Source: Naegleria gruberi
Taxonomy: Eukaryota
Reading direction: 5' to 3' (one strand)
DNA length: 7,596 nucleotides
Assembly: GCA_000004985.1 (NCBI GenBank)
Contig: GG739016.1
Shown here: in pieces, positions 7,577 through 7,596 of the stretch
Layout: every line of letters begins with the position of its first letter
Numbering within the stretch: the stretch's first letter is position 1
The notes under the pieces: generated by a model
Told to the model about the DNA's origin: nothing
Database searches by the model: none
What the model saw: the letters and a program-made list of their open reading frames with translations, nothing else
Position numbers and translations under genes: made by a program

Positions 7577-7596
7577 TGGAGTGGAAATCATAAAGA

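Larger units (their letters stand above)
4207..7596 (+). mobile_element. Putative Transib-type DNA transposon copy; boundaries not resolved (the 3' end may lie beyond the window)
   Basis: The family assignment rests on the transposase ORF above. The only RSS/Transib-like heptamer I could find by eye upstream is CACTGTG at 4207-4213. No matching inverted terminus is visible downstream before the window ends, so the extent is a guess. Confidence 0.3.

Noticed and set aside
1-7596. Assignment to a budding-yeast (CTG-clade) genome based on codon usage (TTG, AGA, CAA, GGT; CTG nearly absent).
   Set aside because: Any AT-rich eukaryote shows the same bias. A Transib transposase and an intronless, decayed calnexin copy (possibly a retrocopy) are atypical for yeasts, so I left the host unassigned.
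1-7596. tRNA, rRNA, CRISPR arrays and terminal inverted repeats.
   Set aside because: No tRNA T-loop or anticodon-arm pattern (GGTTCGAATCC-like) was found. There are no rRNA-like GC-rich structured blocks and no regularly spaced direct repeats. The inverted-repeat search by eye around the transposase found no convincing pair.

Overview
This 7.6-kb window is AT-rich (roughly 33-35% GC overall; about 22-25% GC in spacers, 36-40% in coding-like stretches) and looks like eukaryotic nuclear DNA. It is not prokaryotic: AATAAA hexamers follow the stops of two ORFs, A-runs sit immediately before the ATGs, and the long ORFs are open in the standard genetic code. There are no rRNA or tRNA genes and no CRISPR array.

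Four things stand out:
1. 4788-7292 (+): a 2.5-kb intronless ORF whose C-terminal half carries the ordered motif set of a Transib/RAG1-like DDE transposase. The motifs in order are D (KEKD), D (VTDLS), the Cys pair NCPFCDC, HLLERI, the His pair HIIMYH, and the catalytic Glu (KWSAEGFEHFH). The ORF is apparently intact, but I could not find the element termini.
2. About 1631-2764 (+): a decayed, intronless calnexin-type gene (ER lectin chaperone family). It has a frameshift, several in-frame stops, and mutated P-domain repeats, and reads as a pseudogene, possibly a processed retrocopy.
3. 488-1348 (+): an orphan ORF encoding an acidic, Q/N-rich 286-aa protein of unknown function.
4. 3100-4740: a 1.6-kb stretch with coding-like composition but no long ORF, probably further decayed coding sequence.

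A small ORF (7313-7576) starts only 20 nt after the transposase stop codon. Codon usage is AT-biased (TTG/TTA, AGA, CAA, GGT, CCA; CTG almost absent). The host cannot be named from this window. A Transib-family transposase together with an intronless, decayed calnexin copy (possibly a retrocopy) fits an AT-rich invertebrate or other lower eukaryote better than a yeast.

The ORF track uses alternative starts (TTG/GTG reported as M), so I re-anchored starts to the first in-frame ATG.
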